A stretch of DNA of 63,591 nt, filler included, from Folioceros fuciformis (lineage: Eukaryota): assembly GCA_049999805.1 (NCBI GenBank). It is 7 parts of 7 records of this genome, joined end to end, with 100 filler letters (N's around TTAATTAATTAA, not from the genome) between each part and the next. Parts side by side here need not be neighbours in the genome. Positions count along the whole stretch, not along the records: positions 1 to 9,666 come from JBNGIO010004934.1; positions 9,767 to 13,723 come from JBNGIO010004936.1; 5 more parts are not named here. One strand, 5' to 3'. How positions within the stretch are numbered: the stretch's first letter is position 1; each line of letters starts with the position of its first letter. Shown in pieces: positions 1 through 12,444 of this stretch. The notes under the pieces were generated by a model. It was given only the letters and a program-made list of their open reading frames with translations, made no database searches and was not told the DNA's origin. A program made the translations under genes and the position numbers.

Positions 1-488
1 ATGGGGGCAGCCGCAACCCCTGCCTCTAGCTCTAGCTAGGGCATGGCATCCATGGCCGTTCATGCCAGCCAAGCAATAAGCCAGCCTATCGTCAGACCCT
101 GACATACCAGATACCTGTTCCTATGTTCAAACCCTTGTTTTATTATTTTATTATTTAATATTATTATTATATTATTTAATCATTTAATATTATATATCTT
201 TAATTAATATTAAACTAATCACCAGACCTAGACTCAAACTTTCCCAACCCTATGGCCTGGTACCGAACCTAAACGTTCCCAGGTCTGGGACCAAACCTAT
301 ACCCACTCTTATAACCAAACCAACTATTTCCTAGTCAATTAACCTAATTAGCACAAAGAAAAATAGGAAAAATGACTAGAAAATAAAGGAAAACTAGGAA
401 AAATAAGTTGAAAAAGAAAAGCAAACCATACCACTATTAACCCTTTTCAACGAAAACAAACTACTACCCCAAACTTTGGAGGTTCACA
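1..488 (-). mobile_element. LTR terminus of a family starting TGTGAACCTCC (partial)
   Basis: Reverse complement matches 9610-9666 and 44208-44421; all three copies start at the same TG and have different flanks. Confidence 0.7.
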
Positions 489-1800
489 CCATCCTTACTC
501 ACCTGCCTGCAAGGGGAGGTTAAATGTGGCCAGTTAGGGGCCGAGCGCTTCGGGCTCTGGACAGCAGCGAGAGAAATGGGGAGATCAAATAGCATGCTGC
601 TAGCAGAGGCAAGCCGGAGGCTGATGTCCCTAGATGGGGAGTTCTATGCCCTCTCCGGGAGCGCACCCGTGTATAGGGAAGGGGTTGATCTCAGAGAGAA
701 GAGTGTTGAGAGGCACTAACGATTTTGGTAGTCTTGAGAGGTTGGTCAATTTTGGTGAGGGCACCTAGTAGTGTCAAAGGGACACAACCTCTCTTAGGTC
801 GGGGCTAGGATTAGGGTGGAGTTAGGTTAGGTTAGCATTAGGTTAGGTTATAGTTAGAGTTAGGATTAGGTCGGAGTTAGGTTTAGGGTTTTGACAAGTG
901 GAGGGTTCTGTCTGAGGCGTGCTAACCTGGTTAGTCAGTTATAGGGGTTCCTGGGCAAGGGAGTATAAGAGGCAAGCTTGTCATTGAGGGGAGGTTTTTT
1001 TGGTGTGAGCTCCCTTGACCTTGTGTGCAGGTTGTTGGGTTAGAGGGTTAATCCAATGTGCAAATGCACCTTGGCCTTGATTCCCTATGCCACGAAGGGA
1101 ACGTGGTGGCTCCCAAAGTTGCTGGCTAGATCCGCAAGGGCTGACCTTTCTTGCATGCTGGTTGGGTGGTTGGGGTACCTTGACGTCCCTAAGGGGTTTC
1201 CAAGGCGACAAATTGCAGGGCTGTGAGCCAAGGAGGCTATCAAGCCTGGGTCTGCACACCCCTACCTCAAGGACAGCAAGTGAGGAGCTGTTGTGTTCCA
1301 AAATCTAGGAGTGAAACGTGAGAGTGAAGGAATGAAGGGTTGAAGATTTGAAGTGCTGGAGTGGAGCGTGGGAGTGCTGGAGTGTGGAGATGGTGTGCTG
1401 GGGTGAGGAGCTTAGGTGTTGAAGCCCTCATTCAGTTGCTGAGGTGGCCGACATTCTGAGAGTGGAGGCCGAGGCTAGGGTTGGGGCCTCCTCTTAACTA
1501 TTGAGGTGGCTGATACTTGGAGCAGGAAGTGGGGGGCTGAAGATGACACTAGAGTTCTTATTCAGCTAGTGCTATGGTTGGTGTTGAAGACAAGGCTAAG
1601 GATTCTGATTTTTTTTGCCGTAGCGTGGTTAGGGCTAGGAGCCGGTTGATAGATAGGATTAGATTAGGGCATTGTGGGGAAATCATAGGTAACCTTGACA
1701 CTAGTTCACTCCCTTGCGAGCGAATCATAGGACTGCAACGATAATAAGGGGAAGTGTGGCCCTTTTAGTGGTTCTTAGGTGTAAGATCCACTCCACATTT

Positions 1801-1818
1801 TGGCATCGTTGCCAGGGA
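1801..1818 (+). promoter_or_regulatory. Primer-binding site, tRNA-Asp type
   Basis: TGGCATCGTTGCCAGGGA begins 3 nt after the LTR's CA and resembles the Athila-type PBS TGGCGCCGTTGCCGGGGA. Confidence 0.75.
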
Positions 1819-2064
1819 GTGACATCGATGTCAGGGTTAAGAGGGGACTAACCTGGATAGGGAGTTGGATAAGGGGATGTTGGAGGGGCTGGTGGATGCC
1901 CCGCATAGGAGCTGAAGACTTCAACTCCAATTGTGAAGAGGGAGCTCAAGCTCAAGCAAGGAGGCAGCAACAAGCATTGGAGCGTGGGCAAAGAGCAGTG
2001 GAAAGGGAGCTGAGGAGGGCACACACCACCGAGGAGGAAGAGAGGGGCAAGCAACTAGCTGATC

Positions 2065-3865
2065 TTGGGGGGATCAATCTCATTGGAGCAAGATCCCCAA
2101 CTTTCAGCTGTTGGAGGGGAGCCTAATCCAGGGCAACCTAACCCAAGTCTGCTCCTTGGTCTTCACCCTAGACTTGTGCAGGTAATTAGGAGTGCAGGGG
2201 CGGAAGGATCCAGCAACATCAGCCCAATTCCAGTTGCTAAATTTGCAACTGGAGTGGTGAGTGCAAGCACCATGGCAGCTCCAGCTGTTGCAATGTCCAC
2301 CAAGCAGTCGTACCCCTTGTATGGGGAGAAGAAGGGGTATGAGGATTCGGATGAGTTTGTGGAGAGGTTTGAACATTTGACCCTTGCTAACCAGGAATCA
2401 GCGGATGCACAGCGTATCCAATTGTTTTATGGTGAGGTGCGTGGAGGGCCTGCCAAGTGGTACAGGAGGGAGAACCTCAAGGCCGGCACCTTTCCAGCAA
2501 CTTTGGACTCGCTGAAGAGGGCCTTTTGTGAGTGGTTCAGGGGAATAGACGTAGAGGGCTACGTGTTGTCCAAGCTGGAGGCCTTGAGAAGGAGGAGGAA
2601 GGAGACCTTATAGGCCTATGTGGAGAGGTTCCACAGCGTGCGAGATCACTGTAAGCCTCATTCAAACTTGCAGGCCATTCGGTGGTTCGCTGGAGGCCTA
2701 GGGTCTAGGATGGGGGGCCATGTGACATTGTTCACAGAAAAGGATGTGGATAGGGCTATCAAGGCAGTCCTCAACTACGAGGAGTCTCATCCTTGGGGCA
2801 AGGGGAAATCCAAGGAGAAGGAGAGAGTGAGGGAGAAGGATAGAAGAAGAACAGGCCTAGGAAGGGGAAGAAGAAGAGGGAGTCATCCTCCTCGGATGAA
2901 GATCCCTTCGAGGAGAGCGATTTTCAAAAGAATCTGCAGTGGGGACCTCCTCATCTTCAGCGGAGGACAGCCAGGAGGAGGAGTCCTCGTAGGATGAGGT
3001 GGCCAAGAGAAGAAGGAAGAAGAACGAGCAAGAGGTGGTTAGGAGGAAGAAGGAGGCAAAGAAGGCCAAGGATCTGGCCAAGGCCAAGCAAGAGGTGGCT
3101 AGTGCCAAGAGGGAGGTGGAGTAGGTCAAGAAAGAGGCTGAGGCTAAAACCAAGAAGGTGGAGCAACAAGAGTCCAAGATAGAGGAGATGATGAGCAAAT
3201 TTGAGAAGTTTCATCTCCATGCTGTCAAGGAACATGAGAGGAGGAGGGCTGCAACTAGTGGCCATGCTAATTTTTTTTGCTCCATGTATGGTGAGCAAGG
3301 GCACACCAAGACCCATTGTCAAGGGGCCAAGGTGCACATGCTGACCTATGAGGGGGAGGAAGAGGACTGGCCAGTGGAGGACTCCTACCAAATTCAGGAG
3401 TTTTCCCAAGGGCAGCAATACCCCAAGACAGCCCACCCTTCAATTCTGCAAAATCCCATGGGCATGGGTGGTCGTAGCAACCAGGTGGGGAGGGTTGCTA
3501 ATCAAACAGCGGGGGTTGTCCAATGCTACAATTGTCGTGGCTTTGGACATTATGCCAATAGCTGTCCATCAGCAACCAGGCAAGCCAATGGGGATTATGA
3601 TAGGCTGTGCCAAGACTGCAAACAACAAGGTCATGTGGCGGGTAGCGTGCTTTGCCTGAACCCTAGGAAGAGCGTGCGGATTGCCCAGCCAGCTGTGACA
3701 GGGGTACAGCAAGCAGCAGCTAAAGGCGCTGCAACAGCCATGCATGTGGAGGATGCCCTCATGGCTGTTTGGGAGGAGGTTGAGGCTAAGGTGCTTAAGG
3801 GATTGGAAGGCCTGGACACCACAAAGGGGGGTTACTATGGGGAGGCTGCAGCTATGCACCCGTAG
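2065..3865 (+). pseudogene. gag: Gypsy gag (frameshifted, premature stops) with K/E-rich region and zinc knuckles
   Basis: Capsid-like segments FVERFEHL, AKWY, FCEWFRG. Knuckles CYNCRGFGHYANSC (intact), CSMYGEQGHTKTHC and CQDCKQQGHVAGSVLC (degenerate). Confidence 0.8.
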
Positions 3866-4224
3866 TGGAAGGAAGAGAGGAAAGCAATGGAGTGCCAAGA
3901 AGAGAAGGAAGGAAGCTGAATCCACTACAAGATCGGAGGAGGAAGGAAAGAGCACTCCAAATGTGGAAGGGTCAGGCCATGAGGATGGAGACAAGGGGGG
4001 ACGAACCTTCAAGAGGGAAAATCAGGGACTGAAAAGGAAGCAGCTCCAGCAAAGGAGGGGAACCTGGAATTTCCACCAGATGTACGGGGAGAGGTCATGG
4101 ACATGATCCAGGAAGAGCTGGATAAGGCAGCAAAGTGGCAGGACCCGTGGTTGCCAGTGAGCCACCTAGGGAGGTGGCGGCAGTCACTAAAAGCACAGTT
4201 GGGACAGTCTAGAAGCCATCTGAC

Positions 4225-7200
4225 TTGGTTGGGGCCATCATGGATCAGCAATTTGCCGTCACCTTTGGCCAGCTCTTGAAGGACAACCCCAAATACCGGC
4301 AACAAGTCCGGAAGGCCTTGCAGGAAGCCCAACCCAAGAAGAAGAAGAGGCTGCCTAGACCAAGGCTAAGAGTGTCGGCCCCTATCAACATGGTATCCAT
4401 GGTGGATCAAGGGCCGGCTGAGTTGCAGGTGGAGATTGTTGGCTGCATGATTAAGAAGGTTCCCCTAGACATAGGTTCAAAGGTGAATATCATGACGGAG
4501 GACATCGCCAAGAAGCTTGGGTTGGAGGTGGAGCATACAACCAAAGTCTTAAGGCTGGCTGATATGTCCAGGACGCAGCCGGTAGGGGAGCTGAGAGGGG
4601 TGACCACAATCATAGGGACCATTCCCTACCTCCTGGATTTTGTGGTTATTCAGCACAAGGCACCGGGCTATGACATTTTTGCTGGGCAGAACTTGGTTGT
4701 ATGGCTCAAGGTGCAGGCTGTCATGGGGAAGGAAGGGAGTGGCCTTTAAACCACTAGAATGGGATCCCAAGACAAAGGAGGGCAGGATTTGCTTGAGTTG
4801 GAGCCGGGACACCTATTTTGGTGAGACCCCCACGGAGACGGAGGGGTATACGTCCGTGGGGGACACATCTGATTTGGAGGAGGGGGAAGGGGAAGACAAG
4901 TTCCCCTTTGCTCACATCTCATGGTTAGATGAGGCGGGGGACTACCAGAGGGACATTCCTTATTCCCTAAACCGGGTGGAGTGTTTCGGACTCACCCTGG
5001 ACTGCACCATGGTAGGGGCTGAAGGAGCAACCGTGGATGAGCAGGTTGGTGAGGTCGCTGAAGGGAAGGGCCAGAAAGGGGTTTCACATGCCAAGGAGAG
5101 TGTGAAGGGAGGGGAGATGATGGAAGGGGGCTGTGACCCAAGGTCTGATGGGCCTGGTGGTGATGATCCGGAGGTCACAAGGTTCACCTCCGAGGACCTA
5201 TTCAGAGAATGGGGAATGAGGGAGGAAGATCCCCAGGAGCCGGAAGAGGGGTATGGAGTCAACTCAGCACCGGTGGAACGTGAATGGGTGCAAGCTGATG
5301 AAATCAAGGATGTGGAGGTATTGCCAGGCAAGGTGCTGAAGTTTCCAAAACGGCTAGATGCCACATTAGAGGAGGGCATGAAGCAACTCTTGGCTAAGTT
5401 CATCGATGTGTTTTCTTTTGAGGTGAGGAACATGAAGGGAATTCCCAAAGAATGGGGTGAGCACAAGATTGACTTGGAACCAGGAGTTGTCCCTGTCCGA
5501 ATTCCACAATACAAGCTGAATCCAAAGTACTCTATGAAGGTAAAGGAGCAGCTAGAGCTGTACTTGAAGGCAAATGTGATTTTTCCCATTGTGACCTCAT
5601 AGTGGGTGGCTCCAATTGTGGTGGTGCCCAAGAAACAGCTTGGTAAGATTCGGGTGTGCTAAGATTGGAGGAGGTTGAACAAGGCTACCAAGAAGGACCA
5701 TTTTCCCTTGCCATTCATTGACAACATTTTGGATTTGGTGGCTGGTCGAATGATGTACTCTTTTTTGGATGGCTACTCCGGTTACAATCAGCTGTCCCTA
5801 AGGGAGAGTGATTGGCCATTGACAACCTTCACAATTGATTGGGGAACATATGCCTACAAGAGGAGTGCATTGGGCTGACAGGGGCACCAGGGTCCTTTAT
5901 GCGCAACATGTACAAGATCTTCAAGGATTTCCTCCACAAGTTCCTAGAGGTGTTCATACATGACTTCTACGTGTCTGGGGGAGTGGAGCAACATCTAGAG
6001 CACCTAAGGCTATGCTTGGCCAGGTGCCGTGAGATGGAGCTTTGTTTGCATTTGGAGAAGTGCTATTTTGGCATGGCTGAAGGGATCTTGCTGGGTCATA
6101 GAATTTCAGCACGAGGCATTGAAGTGGACTCGGATAAGGTGAAGGTGATTGCTGCTTTGAGGGCCCCAACCACACTTAAGGAGCTGCGTGGTTTTCTTGG
6201 AATGGTGGGTTACTACTGCCGTTTTGTGCCCAACTTTGCTAGATGGGCTGCTCCTTTGATAGGCCTTTTGAGGAAGGAGCAACCTTGGGAATGGACTGTG
6301 GAGAGGGAGGCTGCATTTCAGGACTTGAGGACCACCCTTGAGACAGCACCAACCCTCAAGGGGCCTGATTGGGATAGGAAATTTCATGTGTACGTGGATG
6401 TGTCTGCATTTGCCATTGGGACAGTCCTAAGTCAGCGGGATGAGAAGGGGAGGGACTACCCAATCTACTATGCTGGATGCCAACTCACAGAGGCTAAGCG
6501 CAAGTACACCACCACCGAGAGGGAGGCACTTGGCATGGTTTACTCATGTCGTAAATTTCGTCATTGCCTCCTCTCCTATGAGTTTGTCTTCCATGTTGAT
6601 CATTTTGCTCTCAAGCACCTGGTCAACAAGGCAGATTTATTGGGCCGAATAGCCTGCTGGATTTTGCTCCTACAGGAGTTCACATTTACCGTGGAAACAA
6701 GAGAAGGACGCAAACATGTGAATGCTGATTTTCTGTCAAGGCTAACGATAGAGAAAGTGGTTCAGGACCAGGAAGATGATTTTCCAGATGAGGCATTTTC
6801 AGCAGAGCTGGTTGGGAAAGAAAGGGCCAAACCAAATGCTAAGCTACTAGAAGATGGAGGAGCGGCGCTGAATGAGAAGGGGAGAAGGGGGTTCCGAAAG
6901 CCTTCCTACCAAGAGGTATCTGATTTTTTAGGCATGGGGGAATTTCCAGCTGATCTCTCGCGGCAGCAGCTAGGGCTGTTCCTTTATTTCACAAGGCTAG
7001 TCGTTAAGCACAAGGGCAAGCTGTATTGCACATGAGCTGATGGAGTGGAGCGTTTGTGGGTCAACCATGACCAGGTGGAGCAGGTTATCAGCTCCTTGCA
7101 TGAGGGAGAGGCTGGAGGCCATTATGCAGCCCATGTAACCTGTAGAAAAATTTTGGCAGCAGGGTATTGGTGGCCAACAATGCATGATGCTGGGGAATTC

Positions 7201-8154
7201 AGTAAGAGGTGTGATGTGTTCCAAAGGGTGGCAAAGCCTACCAGGACAACACAATGGCCATTGGTCCCCATCCTAGCCCTAGCACCATTTGAGAAGTGGG
7301 GGATTGATTTCGTAGGACCAATTTAGCCCAAGTCCAAGGGGAGGCAGAACCAATACATCTTGGTAGCAACCAACTACTGCATATGCATGGTGGAGGCTCA
7401 AGCTTTGCCCGTGGACACAGCAAATGTGGTGGCCAGATTTTTGTTTGAGCAAATCATCACAAGGTATGGATGTCCGTTAGAGCTGGTAAGTGACAGGTGC
7501 ACTCACTTCATCAATCAAGTGGTCAAGCACATGACTGAATATTTCAATATTCGTCATAGGAAGACCACTCCCTACAACCCCAAGGCTAATGGGCTCACGG
7601 AGAAGGCTAATGGGTTGTTATGCAAGATTCTCAGCAAGCTAACCGTCACATATGCTCATGACTGGGATAGGAAGCTTCATTCAGCCTTGTGGGCATATAG
7701 GACTGCGGAGAAGGTCACCACCCAACAGACCCCTTATTATCTCACCTATGGACACTCCTCGGTCATGCCAATTAAATTCGAGGTACCTACCTTGAGAATG
7801 CAGGAGAGCAACCGATTGCTAGTGGAGGAGAGCCAACTGGAGAGGCTGACCAGCTTTGTGCAGCATGATGAGGACAGAGAATGGGCCTTGGCTGCTTTCC
7901 TTGATGTCCAGGAGAGGAGGAAGAAATGGCATGACCAGAAGTTGCGTATACAGGAGTATGTCGTTCCTGGAGATTTGGCCTTATTATACGACAATAGGTA
8001 CATGCACTTTCCAGGGAAGCTGCACTTGAGGTGGATAGGGCTTTACAGAGTGCTAGAGGTGTATGAGAATGGATCCATCCAACTGCAGCACCTTAATGGC
8101 CTTAACTTGCCAACCAGAGTCAATGGCTGGCGGGTGAAGAAATATTACCATTAG
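4225..8154 (+). pseudogene. pol: Gypsy pol (protease, RT, RNase H, integrase), disrupted
   Basis: PR LDIGSKVNIM; RT KDHFPLPFID and FLDGYSGYNQ; RH DVSAFAIG...EREAL; INT H..H..C zone, WGIDFVGP, YNPKANG, GPY/F-like WIGLYRV. Confidence 0.92.
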
Positions 8155-8689
8155 TTGGCGGGGACGCCAACAAATGAGAAGGGGAGTATGCGGAGACCAC
8201 ATGGTAGGTAGATCTCTTAGAAAAATGATAGTAGCCATTTTTTTTGGATTTTGGATGAACCTTTTAGCAAAGTAGATAGGGATTTGAGCTAGATAGGATG
8301 GTTAGGTCCCTGGGTGGTTATGGTAAAAGGGTAACGGGTTCTGGGGATAAGGTGTCCAAATGGGACCCCTAGAACTTGTCATGGGAAGCGAGTCGGGGCC
8401 TTGGGAGGGTGCTGGTGGAAGCGGGGGTTGGGTATAGAGGTGATTGGACCCAGATCCGAGGATGGGGCCCAGGGTCCTGGGAGCGGGCTAAGGATTCTAA
8501 TTTTTTTTGCTGTAGCGTAGTCAAGGCTAGGAGCCGGCTGATAGATAGGATCAAATTAGGGCATTGTGCAGAAATCGTAGGTAAGCTTGACACTAGTTCA
8601 CTCCCTTGGGAGCGAATCATACGACTGCAATGATAATAAGGGGAAGTGTGGCCCTTTTAGTGGCTCTTGGGTGTAAGAACCACTCCACA

Positions 8690-9089
8690 GATATCAATGC
8701 AATGGTTCTTGCTGTCAAAGTGAAAATGTATACCAAGGGAGAAGGATAGCTGGCCGAAATCAATCATCTCGAATATGGCTAACAGGACTTTCTTGATCCT
8801 TTCTACTAGGGTAGTAGAAGTACAAAAAAGGAAATTGTCATCTCATAGACAGTGAGGATAATGAAATCATCTCCATCGTACAGTATGTAAAAACTAGTAT
8901 TTGCTGCTAAGCATGTAAAGCCCCAATCAATCAGTAATGCATGGAAAGTTTCATTCCATGCCGTGGAGGACTGTTTCAAGCCATAAAGTGTTTTTAGAGG
9001 CTTATAGACTTTGTCTAGATCCACCACATAACCCTCAGGTTGAGACATGAAGATTTCTTCTTCTAGGGCTCCATTCAGGAAGGCGGTTT
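8690..9089 (-). mobile_element. Copia RT fragment
   Basis: KTAFLNGALEEEIFMSQPEG...LYGLKQS...FEMIDFG; cut on both sides by LTR ends. Confidence 0.85.
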
Positions 9090-9609
9090 TGTGGCGGCAA
9101 AACCCCGGGCACTGTTTGCCAACGGGTTCGACCTTTAGTGGCCACACTTATCCCATTGTCATTAGGACATTGGGTTTCGTTCCCACAAAGGAGTGATGGG
9201 GTTCCTCGCTACTATGGATGGAGGGTTGGACTCAATCAACTCAATGACGGATTCAAGGGCTCTCCTCCAACTCCGATTAGTGGGACAGCCCTCACTATCG
9301 AGCAGTCAATTCCACCTCCCTTGGTGCCCACAAAATTCACCCTAGCCACTACAACGACACTAACCTCTCAAGTATGCGACTTCCCTCACTCAATTCACTT
9401 CACTCACTTACTCACTCACTCACTCACTCCAACACCATCAACAACACCGCTACCTTCTACACTTCCCTCTTGACTCCCCCACTTGGAAAGAGTCACTAGA
9501 CTAACCCCAAAGAAGAGCATGCCACAACCCACAATCCTACAAGACACCATGCAAGCATTGTCCACACTCACTCCAGTCGTGCAAGGAAACAAGAATGATG
9601 GATCATGGG
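9090..9609 (-). mobile_element. LTR 3' portion, same family as 17282-18439
   Basis: Reverse complement of ...GTGCCCGGGGTTTTGCCGCCACA; homologous to 18064-18439. Confidence 0.8.
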
Positions 9610-10158
9610 TGTGAACCTCCAAAGTTTGGGGTAGTAGTTTGTTTTGGTTGAAAAAGGGTTAATAGTNNNNNNNNNNNNNNNNNNNNNNNNNNNNNNNNNN
9701 NNNNNNNNNNTTAATTAATTAANNNNNNNNNNNNNNNNNNNNNNNNNNNNNNNNNNNNNNNNNNNNCCCGTACTTTCGGATGCTGGACAGAGCTCCCCTT
9801 TCTCTAGGGTTTTTATACCCTGCCTGCTTTCTCCCCTTATGCGCGTCTGGCTACCTCCAGTCGTCCCTCCGGTAACGGTTGCCCTGCCGGCTACCGTTGC
9901 CCCATCACCTCGGGCCCTTACTTTTGCCTACCTTAATGTTCTCAATGACCCGAGGGCCAAGGAGGCACTCGCTGCTTCCCCTTCCTTGTCCCGATCCCCC
10001 GTCCTCCCCAAACCCCGAAGCCCAAGGTGGACTTTAGGGGTAAACACCCCGGTCTTACTCGCTTACTAAGCCGATTTGCCTATCCCTTCACAAAAGAATC
10101 ACAACCTGCTCATTCCGTCGCTCAAAATGGCGGTTCCGAAAGTTTTTTTTCGTTCACA
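9610..10158 (+). mobile_element. LTR termini TGTGAAC...GTTCACA separated by a linker gap
   Basis: Left end matches the 1-488 family; right end is its 7-bp inverted repeat. Flanks ATGGG and GGGGG do not form a TSD, so these may be two different copies. Confidence 0.5.
9667..9766. other. Assembly gap with artificial TTAATTAATTAA linker (also 13724-13823, 17182-17281, 44422-44521, 50948-51047, 60064-60163)
   Basis: N44-TTAATTAATTAA-N44 puts stops in all six frames. Plain N gaps lie at 17964-18063, 35890-35899 and 36960-37059. Confidence 0.97.
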
Positions 10159-12348
10159 GGGGGGTATACCTAACTTACCATGAGTTGATACTAACATAAG
10201 GCTAGTCACAAAATTTTGGTTTGACGGTGGTAAGCTCATTAGCAGCTGTGCAGCCGCATCGGTCTCTGACATGGTTGAGCCAAGGGAGGCGAGCCGCCCT
10301 TGCAGCTATCTGAACTTTGAGGTGTGGACAGAAATCGCGTTAGTCTCCTTCATCCTCGAGGGGTTGAATCCCTGCCGTACACTATACAAAGTTAGAACGT
10401 TGTTCACATTGTAGGTGTTAGACAACTGGTCCCAGATGGCACATGCATCTGAGAGAAATTCAACACTAGGCACAAGAGTTGAATCCAGGCCGCTGATCAG
10501 GAGTGCTATAACTATCCCATTCAGGTACTTTATTTTTCAATATCTGCAAGAGAAAGCGATGGAACTGCTGCGTGATTGGGCTTTGGAAGAGTGCCGTCGA
10601 CAATCTTCCAAACGCCACGACCAATAAGGATCGACTTCATATGAATGCACCATATAGGGTATTGTTGGTCATTGAATCGATCTTTCTCTTTAATGTGGTA
10701 TGTGAAGATTGGTCCTACTCCCACAGGGGAGGAGGTACTACTAGCCATGGAGGCGGTAGCATCAAGCGAAAGCGAGTTGAACTGTTATATAAGCAGATTC
10801 ATGAGTTGTGGTCATAGGACATCAGGTTGAATCCTCATCGCGGGCTGTTGATGTGGCAGGCGAACGAAAGAACAAAGGTCCCTTGTCCACAAGTGTTGAC
10901 AGAAAATCCTCTTCCCTTTTTTTTTTTTGTGTTTTTGTGTTTCACAAGTCCTGGAAAAAAACTGTCAAAGAGAGAGAAAAAAAAGAATGTTAGACCTGTT
11001 GGAGAGTAATGGGGTAGCACCCATTCGAAATGGGCGTGCCGTTCTGCGAAAGGGGACACCCTGTTACGCCCCCCCCCTCCCCCTGTGCGAACCGTTATCC
11101 AAATAACGGTTCACGTACAGGCGGACCGGGGAGGCAGCGAGGCAAGGGCACCTCATTGCCCCTTGCGCCTCGCACCACCTCTTGCTCGCAGGAGGTTGGG
11201 GGGCGCTTCAGTGGGCGCGGTGCCCTCCAAGGGCATGCCGATTCACAGTGAGGCTGCCCGATTGCGCCAACTTGGTGAATTCTGCAGGGATCTCAAATCT
11301 CTGTTCTCCTGCAATGAGTTCAAGAGCAATTGGGCACAATCTTGGCAGAGGAAGAGCGCCCTGTGGGCGCGACCAGACTTGGCCTGAAATCATTGTGAAC
11401 GGGGCATCGGCGCCTCCGGTCAGTGTGCCCAAAGATCCTCCTTCTTCTGCTTCTGTATAACATTGTATATAATTCAATCGTGTCCTCCATGTCTTGTTGT
11501 AGGGGCTTGTAGAGGCCAATGCACTATTCTCCATTAGAACTCCGTGATCCAGACATGGGTCGGTTCAATGCTGGAATGGGTTACTAGACTCTAGATTTAT
11601 TTTTATTTTTTTTTCTGGATTTTCCAATTGCACATCCATTTTCTATAGTTTAAAGTTCCTAAATTAGGCTAGTTCGTATAACTACCTAAGAGGAAGAATC
11701 TAAATAAGCAAACTTTCTTTTCTATTAGATTTGCTTTCTTGTTCTTAGTGCATCTTAGAGGTTTTATAAAAGGTTTTTTTTTTTTTTAAACCAAGATACA
11801 TACCTAGAGCTCTTGCAGCCCATCGTGCACTCCAAAAACTCTTCTTTCTAAATGTAGAATATTCACAACCACTAAGACTCATATCTTGAATTCTTAAAAA
11901 CCCTTAATGACCTTCTAAGGTGATTTTTCTTCCATATTTTCTAGTGATTTCTAAGAAGTAGTCTACGACCATTGGAGCCCATCATACTCTTCAGAAACAC
12001 TACAAATCTCATATGATATGCTATCTACTTTGCTCTTTATCAACAGAAGCAAAGAAGAGATAGCAAGCAAGTCTATGGTGGATCATTGCTTTGATACCAT
12101 GTAAAAATCCCAGCAATAGGATTGTGCTTCTGTTGCATCTAGTCTAGCGTAATCCAGATGCTATGCTCACAAAGATATTTCGTGTTTTTAATCTGTCTAA
12201 AGGTGTATACAAAATGTGTCTTAAATAGTGTTTGTGGGTGTCTCATCCGAAGGGGTGCACCTGTTCGTGATTACTAGATACTATTAATTATAGTCTACGA
12301 TGACTAGCTTGTCGATGGGGTTATAGGTAGATTATCCGTTTTGTAACA
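10159..12348 (-). mobile_element. Copia 5' part (LTR ~12100-12348, PBS-Met 12088-12099, leader ORF, degenerate gag)
   Basis: GCTTTGATACCA is the reverse complement of a Met PBS next to TG; gag reads IKEKDRFND...WKIVDGT (10530-10748). Confidence 0.8.
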
Positions 12349-12444
12349 AGGGCCATGGGCAAGGACTTTTCGAAGTGGGTTGGGGCCATGGGCAAGACCT
12401 TTTTAAGGTTTATGAAGGGTTTATGAAGGAGTACGCCAAATGTA

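Larger units (their letters stand above)
772..8689 (+). mobile_element. Ty3/Gypsy LTR retrotransposon (non-chromovirus-like), degenerate
   Basis: 5' LTR ends ...CACTCCACA at 1797, PBS follows, then gag-PR-RT-RH-INT in Gypsy order. A ~200-bp match to the LTR 3' end lies at 8487-8689. The left boundary (772, TGTCAAAG) is uncertain and no TSD was found. Confidence 0.85.

Noticed and set aside
805-890. TTAGG-rich run resembling telomere repeats
   Set aside because: Degenerate low-complexity sequence inside an LTR, not an array.
4960-5631. 223-aa antisense ORF over Gypsy pol, and similar shadow ORFs elsewhere
   Set aside because: Antisense shadow of the coding strand with no independent motifs.
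9711-9722. TTAATTAATTAA palindrome recurring six times
   Set aside because: Always centred in N runs; an artificial contig linker.
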